A stretch of DNA of 64,000 nt from Myxococcota bacterium (GTDB lineage Bacteria; Myxococcota_A; Polyangia; Nannocystales; Nannocystaceae), in the NCBI GenBank assembly GCA_039028615.1, contig JBCCHT010000032.1, positions 32,001 through 96,000 of the forward strand, in the 5' to 3' direction. Below are positions 49,224-58,757 of this stretch, piece by piece. The position numbers were made by a program, and so were the translations under genes. Position 1 is the stretch's first letter. Each line of letters begins with the position of its first letter. The notes under the pieces were generated by a model. The model saw only the letters and a list, made by a program, of their open reading frames with translations. It made no database searches and was not told where the DNA came from.

Positions 49224-52112
49224 ATGGCCGACGAGACGGTCGACATCGAAGTCGAGTCGCGATCGAAATCGCCGGCCGATGTCGACTCGGGGCCGTCGAC
49301 CGTGCCCGGGACTTCGGTCGGTCGCTACTTGCTCATCGGTCGCGTCGGCGCCGGAGGCATGGGCGTCGTGTGGCGCGCCTACGACCCCAAGCTCCAGCGC
49401 GAGGTGGCGTTGAAGATGGTCCGCACCGACCGGCTCTCGTCCACCGCTCGGGCACGGATGGTTCGCGAGGCGCGATCGATGGCCCAGGTCGCGCATCCCA
49501 ACGTGGTCGCCGTGTACGACGTGGAGCTCGACGCGCAGATGGTGGTGCTCGCGATGGAGTACATCGAGGGGCCGAACCTGCGCGCGTGGCTCAAGGAACA
49601 GCCGCGTTCGTGGTCGGAGATCGTCGACGTCTTCGTCGGGGCCGGGCGTGGCCTGGCCTCTGCCCACACCGCCGGGCTGCTCCACCGGGACTTCAAGCCG
49701 AGCAACGTGATGGTGGGGCAAGACGGGCGCCCGCGGGTGACCGACTTCGGCCTGGCCCGCGTGCCCCTGCCGGAGTCCGAGATGCCGGACGAACTCGTGG
49801 CGCGCGACAGCTGGGACGGGGACCTGACCTCCGTGGCGCTCGGCGAGTCGCTGCGGGGAGAGCTCACCGAGGCGGGCACGGTCATGGGCACGCCGGCCTA
49901 CATGGCGCCCGAGCAGCATCTCGATGCCGACCTCGATGCTCGAGCCGATCAGTATGCGTTCTGCATCTCGTTGCGAGCGGCGCTGCTGAGCGAGAATCCG
50001 TTTCGCGGGAGAGGTGAAGCCCTCGCCGACGCGAAGCTCGGGGGGCCGCCGCCGTGGCCGCGCACGTCGACCATCCCGCGGCGGATCACCGCGGCGATCG
50101 ATCGAGGCATGGCCCCGCGGGTCTCCGATCGCTGGCCCTCGATGAGCGCGCTGCTCGAGGTGCTCCAGTACGACGAGGGGCGACGACGCCGAACCATGGC
50201 CGTGGTGGTGGGGGTGATGCTGGGCAGTGCGGTCATCGCCCTGCTCGCGCCCTCGGCCTCCACGGTGGCCGCGCCATGCACGGGTGCCCGAGAGCAGCTC
50301 GACGAGGTCTGGGGGGAGGCCCGGCGGGCGCAGGTCGAACGCGCGGTGCGGTCGACGGGGGTGGCCTTCGCCGACGCGGTGTGGGCCGAGAGCGCGTCCT
50401 CGCTCGATCGCTACGCCGAGGACTGGACGGCGATGTACACGGAGGCCTGCGAGGCGACCAACATTCGCCGCGATCAGTCGGCCGCGGTCATGGACCTGCG
50501 GATGTCGTGCCTGCGGCGGGCGCGAGGGCAGCTACGCGCGGTGACCACGGTGCTCGCCGAGGCCGATGCAACCGCGCTGGCCCGCGCCCACGAGCTTTCG
50601 CGAGGGCTGCCGAGCCTGGAGCGCTGCGCCGACGTGGAGGCGCTGTCCTCCGAGATCGCGCCGCCCGACGACCCCGCGGTCGCGACGGCGGTCGAAGGCG
50701 CGCGAGAGCGGCTGGCGGAGGTCTCGGTGCGCTTGCGGGCGGGCGAGCTCCCCCGGGCGCGCCAGATCGTCGAAGAGGTCACGGCGCAGATCGAGGCCAT
50801 CGACTATTCCCCGCTGCAGGTGGAGCTGGCGGAGATGCGCGGGCGGACCCTGTACGAGGAAGGCGAGTACGCCCGGGCGGAGCAGGTGCTGCGCGACGTC
50901 ATCGAGTCGGGGCTGGCGCAGGGACAGTGGGGGCTGGTGCGGTCGACGGCGGCCACCATGTCGTTCGTGGTCGGGCAGGGGCTCGGGCGCCACGAAGACG
51001 CGATGGCCTACCTCGCGGTCGCCCTGGGCCTGTCGCAGCGCACGGGCTTCGGCGGGCGCGAGGAGGCCTCGGCGCGGCTGGCCCTGGGCACCACGCTGCG
51101 GCTGCGGGGCGAGCTCGAGCCGGCCGAGCGAGAGATTCGCCAGGCCTTGGCGCTCCAGCGCGGCAGCGGCGTCAGCGAGCTGACCATCGCGGTGACGCAC
51201 AACAACCTCGCCAACAACCTGTTCTCGCAGGGGCGCTTTGCCGAGGCGATGACGGAGCACGACACGGCGCGGTCGATCTACCTCGAGATCCTCGGTCCCC
51301 GGCACCCCGAGGTCGCGATGTCGCAGGGGAACCGCGGCTCCGTGTTCATGAGCCTCAAGCGCTACGAGGAGGCCGAGCGCGACTTCCGAGAGGCGCTCGA
51401 CATCAACCGGGTCTCGCTCGGTCCCGATCATCCCGAGACGTCGCGCATGCAGATCAACCTCGCGGTCGTGCTGCTCGCGCAAAACGACTTCGAAGGGGCG
51501 GCCACTCAGCTCGAGCGGACCATCGACACCTATACGCGGACGATCGGGCTCCACCACCCGCGGATGGCCGCCGCGCGCGTCAACCTGGCGACCACGCGCT
51601 TCGAGCAGGGGCGGCTGGCGGACGCGAAGACCCAGCTGGACGCGGTCATCGAGGCGCTGTCGCCATCGACGGGGACGGGGCAGATCATCGTGGGCAAGGC
51701 CTGGCACACGCTGGGGCAGGTGCTGCGGGCCGAAGGCGAGCTCGAGGAGGCCGAAGCTGCGGTGCGCAAGGCCCTGGCCATTCGAGCACAGTCACAGGGC
51801 GACGATCACGTCGAGGTCGCCGTGACCCGACAGACGCTGGGCACGGTGGTGGCGGCCCGCGGCCGCAACGAAGAGGCGGCGCAGATCTTCGAGGAGGCGC
51901 TGCGCCGGGTCTCGGACGAGGGCTCGGACGGCGCCACCCGGGCCAGCCTCATGCGGTCCCTCGCCGATGTGCTGTGGGATGCCCGTCTCGATCGAGCGCG
52001 AGCGGTGGAGCTGGTCGAAGGCGCGCGCGAGCGGGTCGCGGACGGCCCCGAGAACGAGAAGCTCCGCGGCGAGCTCGATCGGTGGGTGGCCGAGCACCCG
52101 CGGCCCCGCTAG
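49224..52112 (+). CDS. Ser/Thr protein kinase with TM and TPR array
   Basis: VGAGGMG, VALK, HRDFKPSN, DFGLAR, GTPAYMAPEQ; LGP.HP TPR repeats; paralog of 26712-29612. Confidence 0.93.
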   Translation: MADETVDIEVESRSKSPADVDSGPSTVPGTSVGRYLLIGRVGAGGMGVVWRAYDPKLQREVALKMVRTDRLSSTARARMVREARSMAQVAHPNVVAVYDVELDAQMVVLAMEYIEGPNLRAWLKEQPRSWSEIVDVFVGAGRGLASAHTAGLLHRDFKPSNVMVGQDGRPRVTDFGLARVPLPESEMPDELVARDSWDGDLTSVALGESLRGELTEAGTVMGTPAYMAPEQHLDADLDARADQYAFCISLRAALLSENPFRGRGEALADAKLGGPPPWPRTSTIPRRITAAIDRGMAPRVSDRWPSMSALLEVLQYDEGRRRRTMAVVVGVMLGSAVIALLAPSASTVAAPCTGAREQLDEVWGEARRAQVERAVRSTGVAFADAVWAESASSLDRYAEDWTAMYTEACEATNIRRDQSAAVMDLRMSCLRRARGQLRAVTTVLAEADATALARAHELSRGLPSLERCADVEALSSEIAPPDDPAVATAVEGARERLAEVSVRLRAGELPRARQIVEEVTAQIEAIDYSPLQVELAEMRGRTLYEEGEYARAEQVLRDVIESGLAQGQWGLVRSTAATMSFVVGQGLGRHEDAMAYLAVALGLSQRTGFGGREEASARLALGTTLRLRGELEPAEREIRQALALQRGSGVSELTIAVTHNNLANNLFSQGRFAEAMTEHDTARSIYLEILGPRHPEVAMSQGNRGSVFMSLKRYEEAERDFREALDINRVSLGPDHPETSRMQINLAVVLLAQNDFEGAATQLERTIDTYTRTIGLHHPRMAAARVNLATTRFEQGRLADAKTQLDAVIEALSPSTGTGQIIVGKAWHTLGQVLRAEGELEEAEAAVRKALAIRAQSQGDDHVEVAVTRQTLGTVVAARGRNEEAAQIFEEALRRVSDEGSDGATRASLMRSLADVLWDARLDRARAVELVEGARERVADGPENEKLRGELDRWVAEHPRPR

Positions 52113-52128
52113 GCCGCCCGGCGCCGGC

Positions 52129-53709
52129 TCAGCAGCGACCGCCCTTTTTGACTTTGCCCTTCTTCAGGCAAAAGCTGCCCAGCTCGACCCCGTCGCTGCC
52201 CGAGGGCGAGAAGCGGGGCCCGCCGAAGAACTCGACGCGGCACGACTTGGGCTCGACCTCGAGGGCATGGCTGCCGAAGGCGCTGGCGGTCATGCGCGTG
52301 GTCTCGCCCGGCAGCAGGTAGTAGAGTTCGGTGCCGAACAGGTAGGCCGACTCGACGCGGGTGTCCTTGCCCGCCTTGCAGCTGACCTTGGCGGTGACGC
52401 CATCGTTCTGGGTCACGGGCAGCTCGAGGGTGATGTCGGCCTGGATCTTGAGCTGGAACTTCCCGGTGGCGCCGTAGGGCTCGGCCAGGGCCAGCTGCAC
52501 CTCGTCGACCACGATGGACTCGGCGGCCAAGGGCGCGGCGGCGGGAGGCGGAGCCGCCGTGGGGTCGCAGCGGGTCTCGGTGAGCGTGCCCGCCTTGAAG
52601 CACGCGTCCTGGAGCCGCACTTCCTCGTACTCGCCGAAGGTGCCGGTCTTGGTCCGCCACAGCGAGGTGGTCACGTCGCAGTCGTCGGGGGCGTCGGCGA
52701 ACTCGAAGGCGCTCGACCAGTACAGGCTGGCGGTGCGAGCGACGGTCTCGCCCGACTCGTACTTGAAGGGGCCCGCGCTCAGGTTGGCCTGGCCCAGGTC
52801 GGCGAAGGAGCGGTCCCCGACCCGACATGCGGTCTTGAAGGTGAGCCGCACGTTGTTGGCCATGGGCTCCTGGATCTTCAGGAGATAGTCGAGGGTGAGG
52901 TTTTTGGAGCCGCCGATGCTGCCGCCGGGCGTGACGTCGAGGGACGAGACCTCGATCGGGTGCTTGGCGCCCGACATCGCGATCGGCACGAGCACGGGGT
53001 CGCACTGGCCCGGGGTGACGCTGCCGTCCTTCCAGCACGCATGGCCCACGGGCACCGAGAGCCCGCCGCCCATGCCCCCCACCCGGAACTCGAATTGGCA
53101 CAGCTTCGGGGTGACCTTGCTGCCCTGTGTGTAGAGGTTGCCCTTGATCTCCGCCTGCTCGCCCACCGCGTATTGCTCGAGCGGCTTGGTGTAGTGGGCG
53201 TTGAGGTAGCCGACGTCGGCGAGCAGCTCGTCCTCGCGCTTGCACAGGGACTTGATGTGCACGTAGGTCGAGGTGCCGAGCGCCTGGTTGAGCGTGGCCT
53301 TGGCCCGGACCTCGATCATGCCGCTGCTCGAGAACATCGAGCCCATGGTCTTGACCGCGATCTCGTCGAGCTTCACCGGGCGGCGGCTCTGCTCGTCGGC
53401 GGCCTTCTTGGCCGCGGCGGCTGCTTCGGCGTCGGCCTGGGCCTTGGCCTCGGCCGCCTGCTTGGCCTTGGCCGCCTCCGCTTCGGCGGCTTGCTTGGCC
53501 TTGGCCGCCTCTTCTTCCCGCTGGACCTCGACGAGGCTCTTGGTCTGCTCTTCGGCCTTCGGGGTCGCGTCGGCCTCGGCGTCGGCCTTGTTCGCCCCGT
53601 CGTCCCCGCCGGGCAGTCGATCGCAGCCGCTGCCGACGAGCAGGCCGAGAGCGACGAGACCACGCGTGACGCCGCGAATGGAGCGGGGGGCTGCCATGCG
53701 CGGCACCAT
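52129..53709 (-). CDS. Hypothetical lipoprotein with Ala/Lys/Glu-rich linker and three repeated Cys-containing beta-domains
   Basis: GSGC lipobox; AAEAEAAKAK linker; three units each ending 'C(W/F/L)K.G.(V/L)...RC/QC'. Confidence 0.75.
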   Translation of the reverse strand: MVPRMAAPRSIRGVTRGLVALGLLVGSGCDRLPGGDDGANKADAEADATPKAEEQTKSLVEVQREEEAAKAKQAAEAEAAKAKQAAEAKAQADAEAAAAAKKAADEQSRRPVKLDEIAVKTMGSMFSSSGMIEVRAKATLNQALGTSTYVHIKSLCKREDELLADVGYLNAHYTKPLEQYAVGEQAEIKGNLYTQGSKVTPKLCQFEFRVGGMGGGLSVPVGHACWKDGSVTPGQCDPVLVPIAMSGAKHPIEVSSLDVTPGGSIGGSKNLTLDYLLKIQEPMANNVRLTFKTACRVGDRSFADLGQANLSAGPFKYESGETVARTASLYWSSAFEFADAPDDCDVTTSLWRTKTGTFGEYEEVRLQDACFKAGTLTETRCDPTAAPPPAAAPLAAESIVVDEVQLALAEPYGATGKFQLKIQADITLELPVTQNDGVTAKVSCKAGKDTRVESAYLFGTELYYLLPGETTRMTASAFGSHALEVEPKSCRVEFFGGPRFSPSGSDGVELGSFCLKKGKVKKGGRC

Positions 53710-53829
53710 GACAGAAGAACCCGACCACCGTCCACGCTTCGCGGCGCGAGGGGGTCGGGCGCGACAATCGGCGCGAAACGGTGTCCCGTTCGGCGCGCCG
53801 TCAGCCTGCGGGCCGGGCGGCCGTGGCTC

Positions 53830-54822
53830 TTACGCGGGCGGGGTGAGGCCCAAGGCGCTCATGTCGTGGGAGAGCGTCTCGCGGAGCCCTTCTTCGAGCG
53901 ATCGCACCGTCCAGCCGAGCTCGCGGCGAGCCTTGTCGGCGCGGGCGAGGTACGTGACGCCCGCCGTGCCGCGCAGCGATTCCGCCCGGTAGGTGGAGGG
54001 GATCGGCACGTAGCGCTCGACCTTCTCGATGAGGTTGGCGACGGCCTTGATCGGTGCGGCGGGCAAGCGCAGGCGCGGCGCCTTGATCCCGGTGATGCCC
54101 TCGGCGAGGTCGAGCGCGTCGAGCAGACCGGCGGGCTCTCCGGCCAGGATGTAGCTCTGGCCGACCTGGCCCTTGTCCATGGCGAGGATGTGTCCGCGGG
54201 CGATGTCGTCGACGTGGCCCCAGCAGTAGCGCGCGCCCTTGGGCACCATGGGCAGCTTGCCGCGCAGGTACTGCACGAAGGCCTCGTGCAGGTCGCTGGT
54301 GTCCCCCGGGCCGTATACGACGCCGGGCATCACCACCACCAGCGGCAGGCCCTTTTCGATCATCGGCAGGGCGACCTGGTAGTGGGCGTGATGCTTGGTG
54401 CGCTCGTACTCGCTGAGCATCGGCCCGTCGTAGCGGAAGCTCTCGTCGACGAGCTGGCCGTGGGTGTCGGAGTTCACGGCCACGGTGCTGGTGTAGACCG
54501 CCTTGGGGATCTCCAGCTCCTTGATGAGTCGCAGGACGTTCTGCGTGCCGCTGACGTTGATCGACTGCGCGTACGCAGCCTCGTCGCTGCCGAGCTTGTA
54601 CCAGGCGGCGATATGGAAGACGCCGTCCACGCCCGCCATGGGCCCGCGCATGCTCGACGGGTCGCGGATGTCCCCCGCGTGCAGCTCCACGCCGAGCTGC
54701 TCGAGGTGTCGCGCCCTGCTGGGATCGCGGACGAGGGCACGCACTTCATGCCCGACTTCGCGAAGCTGACGGACGACCCGCCCGCCGATGAAACCGGTGG
54801 CTCCCGTGACGAAGTATCGCAT
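53830..54822 (-). CDS. NAD-dependent epimerase/dehydratase (extended SDR, dihydroflavonol reductase/HpnA-like)
   Basis: VTGATGFIG, VFHIAA, YTST, YERTK, PGVVYGPGD. Confidence 0.92.
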   Translation of the reverse strand: MRYFVTGATGFIGGRVVRQLREVGHEVRALVRDPSRARHLEQLGVELHAGDIRDPSSMRGPMAGVDGVFHIAAWYKLGSDEAAYAQSINVSGTQNVLRLIKELEIPKAVYTSTVAVNSDTHGQLVDESFRYDGPMLSEYERTKHHAHYQVALPMIEKGLPLVVVMPGVVYGPGDTSDLHEAFVQYLRGKLPMVPKGARYCWGHVDDIARGHILAMDKGQVGQSYILAGEPAGLLDALDLAEGITGIKAPRLRLPAAPIKAVANLIEKVERYVPIPSTYRAESLRGTAGVTYLARADKARRELGWTVRSLEEGLRETLSHDMSALGLTPPA

Positions 54823-54912
54823 CGAGGGGCGACGCTAACCCGAATCCCGGGGCGACGGAACCGAGGGCGCTCACCCGTTCCGATTGCGGGCGTGCAGGCC
54901 CGCTGGCGCGCT

Positions 54913-55284
54913 CTATCGCCCGCGGAGGCGACGAAGCTGGCGGAGGTCCCTCTTGCTGGGCCGCCCCGCGCCTCGATCACGCGTGATCTGCTCGGCCTGC
55001 TCCTCTTTGGGCAGCGGCGCGGGGGTGTGGTCGATGTACAGGGTTCGCGCGACGCTGGCCGGGCCGCGGCGATCGCCGAGCGCCACGACCTCGAGGATGC
55101 GCAGGCCGCCGTGGGTGCGGACCTCGACCCGAACCCCCGGGCTGATGGACTTGGCCGCCTTGACGGAGGTGCCGTCGACCTTGACGTGGCCGGCCGAGCA
55201 CGCGGTGGACGCTTGCGAGCGCGTCTTGAAGCAGCGCGCGGCCCACAGCCACTTGTCGATGCGAACCTCGGTCAGCTCGGCCAT
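54913..55284 (-). CDS. hslR: Ribosome-associated heat shock protein Hsp15 (S4 RNA-binding domain)
   Basis: VRIDKWLWAARCFKTRS.A, RRGPA..A..LY, GRPSKRD.R. Confidence 0.92.
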   Translation of the reverse strand: MAELTEVRIDKWLWAARCFKTRSQASTACSAGHVKVDGTSVKAAKSISPGVRVEVRTHGGLRILEVVALGDRRGPASVARTLYIDHTPAPLPKEEQAEQITRDRGAGRPSKRDLRQLRRLRGR

Positions 55285-55301
55285 GCGGGCAGGATAGCGC
55301 G

Positions 55302-58300
55302 TCAGCGCCGTCGTGGGGCGAGCTTGCGCCATCCCCGACGCGCGGAGTCGGAGAGGTCTTCGAGCGTGGCGTAGGCCGCAGGCAGGAACATCAGGCTCAT
55401 CAGCGTGCTGGTGGTCAGCCCGCCCGCGATCACGATGGCGATGGAGTGGTAGTAGACCCCGGCCAGGGTGGGGTGATGGATCAGCATGGGCACCAGGCCC
55501 AAGATGGTGGTGACCATGGTCATCATGATCGGCCGGATGCGGTCCTTGCCCGCGCGGCGGAGGGCTTCGTCGCGCGTCATGCCCTGGGCCCGCAGCTGGG
55601 TGATCCGATCGACCAGCATGATCCCGTTGTTGACCACGATGCCTATCAAGATGAAAAAGCCGACGACCGCGGTGGTGTCGAGCGTGGTGTCGGTGAGCCA
55701 TAGGGCCCACGGCGCACCGAAGCAGCCGAGCAGGCAGGTCACCAGGATGCCGAGCGGCTGTAGGAAGCTCTCGAACAGCGAGGCCATCACCGCGTAGACG
55801 AGCAGCAGGCACAGGCCGAGATTGATCAGCATCTCGTTGCCGGCCTCCTGTTGCTTGCGCCACCGCGTGCCGCGACCCCAGCTATATCCCAACGGCATCT
55901 CGAAGTCGGCCATCGCCTCGTCGACCACTTCCCAGTTACCCCGCGGGTCGGGCTGGAAGAAGTGGACCTGGAGCTTGACCTCGGTCTGCCGATCGACGCG
56001 CTGGATCCAGAAGGGGCGCCGGGAGATCTCGATGCTGGCGATGGCGCTGAGCGGGACCTCTTGGTCGCTGCCCAGCGGGATCCGCAGGTCGCGGAGCTCG
56101 GCCATGCCCGCCTCGCTGTTCTCGCCGAACTGCGCGCTCAGCCGCAGCTGAATCTCGCCGCGAGAGCCTCGCACGCTGCCCAGCGGCAGCCCCTGGAAGG
56201 CCAGGGAGATGCGTCGCGCCACCTCGTCGGCAGAAAGGCCCAGGCTGCTCAGGCGCGCGCGGTCGAGGGTGACGTGCAGCTCCTCGGCCCCCTCCTCGTA
56301 GGGGGTATTGATGAAGTCGTAGGTGCCCTCGGCCGGCTCCTCGCGGTCGCCCTTGGTGAGGCGGGCCGCGAGGTGGTCGGCGACCCGTCGCGACAGCGGC
56401 ATCAGCTCGCCCATGTCCTCGCCGCGGATGGCGAACTCGACGACGCGAGGGTCGTTGTTTTCCCGCCATGAATCGCGGCGCTCGCCGACCCGGTACTGCA
56501 CGCCGGGCTGGGCGGGCAGGGCTTCTCGCAGCGCGGTCTTGAAGGTCAGGACTTCTTTTTCGCTCTGGAACGCTTCGTGGGGGTAGGCGCGGCAGTTGCC
56601 CCACCAGTCACCCCACGAGCACGAGACCGACTCGACCCCGAGCTCGTCGCGGCGGGCCAGCAGGGCCTGCTCGGCGACGGCGACGACCTCTCCGATCTTC
56701 TCGGCGCCCCGGCTGCCCGCCAGCTGGAAGCGAATGGGGACGTTGTCCTCCTGCTCCTCCGCCTCGCCGAGCTTCATGTTGTCGATGAGCGGGCTGCCGG
56801 GGATCTGCACCGACGCGGCGAGCACGAGCCCCAGCAGGATCGAGATGCGAGGGAGCCGGAGCGTGCGCTCGATGAGCCAGGCGTAGCCGTTGGCCACCCG
56901 GTCGAGCACGGGGTGGTGCAAGACCTTGGGGCGAGGCTTGAGCACACGCCCCATCAACAGCGGCACTGCGGTCTGCGAGATGACGAGGCTGGCGATGAGG
57001 CCGATGGCGAAGGTGCTGCCCAGCGGTCGTAGATAGGCCGAGGCCCGGTCGCTGGGGTCGCCCATCTGCAGCGGGATGAACACGATGATCGTGCTCAGGG
57101 TGGAGGCGATGGTGGCGAAGCCGACCTCGCGCGCCCCGAGCTGGGCCGCGCGCAAGGGGGGCTCGCCGCGGCGGCTATGCGACGCGATGGCCTCGACGAT
57201 GACCACCGCGTTGTCGATGAGCATGCCGACCGCGAGCACCAGGCCGAGCATCACGATGCAGTTGAGGTCGCTGCCCTGCATGAACAGCACCGCGCACGCG
57301 GCCGTCACGCTCAGCGGAATGCACAGCGCGGCGGCGAAGGTCGTGCTCATCCGATGCAGGAACATCAGCAGCACGAAGAACGCGAGCAGCCCGCCCCATA
57401 GACCGGTGTCCCGTAGGTCCGACAGGGTCTGGAGGATGATCTCGCCCTGGTCGTGGAACACCAGGAGCTCGATGCCGTCGAGGTCCGGGTCGCGGCCGAG
57501 CTTTTCGATCTCCGCGCGGATGGCCTGGGTGACCTCGACAGTGCTGGCCCCGGCCGAGGCGAAGATCTCGAGGTTGATGGCGGTGCGCCCGTTGAGCGTC
57601 TTGCCGTCGCGGTTTTCTTCGGGGTGCACCGACACGTCCGCCACCTCGCTCAGCGCGGCGAAGCCAGTGTTGGCGGTGGTCGGCACCTCGACCGTGGCCG
57701 TGACCCCGTCCGAGCTGACGGTGGCGGCCTCCGAGCGCGCGGCCGCGGCATCGATGGCATCGCCGCGCCGCCGCAGGGGCAGCTGCGCAAAGGCCTCGGG
57801 ATCGGCGGGCCGGGCCGGGCTGCGAATCCCCGCCTCGGTGCCGCCAGGCTTGAGCACGCCCAGGCTGCGACCCTGCCGGGCATCGCGGACGGAGGTGCTC
57901 AGCTCTTGCAGCGAGACCCCGGTGCGCCCCGTTTCCTCGATGTCGACCGCGATCTCGAGCTCGTGCGGCTTGACGCCTTGCAGCTCGACGCGGGCCACCC
58001 CCGGCACGCGCTCGACCGCCCGGACCACCTTCTCCTCGATGAGGTAGTAGTCCTGGGAAAGGTCGGTGCCGCTGGAGATCCGCATCTCCATGACCGGGTC
58101 GTCCGAGGAGTCTCCGCGGGTGCCGATCTGGATCTGGCGCACGAAGTCGGGCAGCTTGGGCCGGGCGCGCTCGATGCGGTCGCGCAGCTCGAGCTTGCGG
58201 GCGTCGAGATCGGTGCCGGGCTCGAACGCGAGGTTGAGGCGCACGCCCCAGGTGCCCGTGCCCACCTGAATGCGGCTGAGGTCGCGGATGCCCGAGACCT

Positions 58301-58517
58301 CCTCCTCGAGCGGCCGAACGACGTCGCGCTCGAGGACCTCCGGGCTGGTGCGGTCGATGCTGACGCGGACCCAGGCGTTGGCCGAGGTGCTGCGCGGCAG
58401 GAAGGCCAGCGGCATCTGAGTCGCCCCGATGACCCCCAGCACCAGCACGGCGACCAGCAGCATGCCGACCGTGACCGGGCGGGCGAGGGCGAAATCCGAG
58501 AGGCTCCAGCGACGCAT
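55302..58517 (-). CDS. RND efflux transporter permease (AcrB/AcrD/AcrF family)
   Basis: RPVTV, GMLIDNAVVIVE, ASTLSTIIVFIP, LIGIVVNNGI, RIRPIMMT. Confidence 0.93.
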   Translation of the reverse strand: MRRWSLSDFALARPVTVGMLLVAVLVLGVIGATQMPLAFLPRSTSANAWVRVSIDRTSPEVLERDVVRPLEEEVSGIRDLSRIQVGTGTWGVRLNLAFEPGTDLDARKLELRDRIERARPKLPDFVRQIQIGTRGDSSDDPVMEMRISSGTDLSQDYYLIEEKVVRAVERVPGVARVELQGVKPHELEIAVDIEETGRTGVSLQELSTSVRDARQGRSLGVLKPGGTEAGIRSPARPADPEAFAQLPLRRRGDAIDAAAARSEAATVSSDGVTATVEVPTTANTGFAALSEVADVSVHPEENRDGKTLNGRTAINLEIFASAGASTVEVTQAIRAEIEKLGRDPDLDGIELLVFHDQGEIILQTLSDLRDTGLWGGLLAFFVLLMFLHRMSTTFAAALCIPLSVTAACAVLFMQGSDLNCIVMLGLVLAVGMLIDNAVVIVEAIASHSRRGEPPLRAAQLGAREVGFATIASTLSTIIVFIPLQMGDPSDRASAYLRPLGSTFAIGLIASLVISQTAVPLLMGRVLKPRPKVLHHPVLDRVANGYAWLIERTLRLPRISILLGLVLAASVQIPGSPLIDNMKLGEAEEQEDNVPIRFQLAGSRGAEKIGEVVAVAEQALLARRDELGVESVSCSWGDWWGNCRAYPHEAFQSEKEVLTFKTALREALPAQPGVQYRVGERRDSWRENNDPRVVEFAIRGEDMGELMPLSRRVADHLAARLTKGDREEPAEGTYDFINTPYEEGAEELHVTLDRARLSSLGLSADEVARRISLAFQGLPLGSVRGSRGEIQLRLSAQFGENSEAGMAELRDLRIPLGSDQEVPLSAIASIEISRRPFWIQRVDRQTEVKLQVHFFQPDPRGNWEVVDEAMADFEMPLGYSWGRGTRWRKQQEAGNEMLINLGLCLLLVYAVMASLFESFLQPLGILVTCLLGCFGAPWALWLTDTTLDTTAVVGFFILIGIVVNNGIMLVDRITQLRAQGMTRDEALRRAGKDRIRPIMMTMVTTILGLVPMLIHHPTLAGVYYHSIAIVIAGGLTTSTLMSLMFLPAAYATLEDLSDSARRGWRKLAPRRR

Positions 58518-58757
58518 TGTTCCCGAAAACGGCGCTCAGGGTAGCAAGGAAACCGGCTGACCCGGGGGCCTCGCCGACTGCGCCGACGCGGGCTTCCCGA
58601 CGTCGACGAGTGAAACCCGCGGTCGGCCATCTTTGGGCCGTGAGTGTGTGTTTCGGCGAGGCCGCGTTCGGCGTGCGGAGGGTCCCGTCGCGAGTGGAGC
58701 GGGAAAATCGGGTGCTGGTGTTCGCCGCGAGCGCCGCCAAGTACCATCCAGGGCGAC

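Noticed and set aside
51967..55374. Very long alternative ORFs (also 42802-46038 minus, 18247-20670 minus, 35567-37981 plus, 60023-62572 minus, 32852-35236 minus)
   Set aside because: Antisense or shifted-frame shadows of well-supported genes, expected in high-GC DNA; no recognisable motifs.
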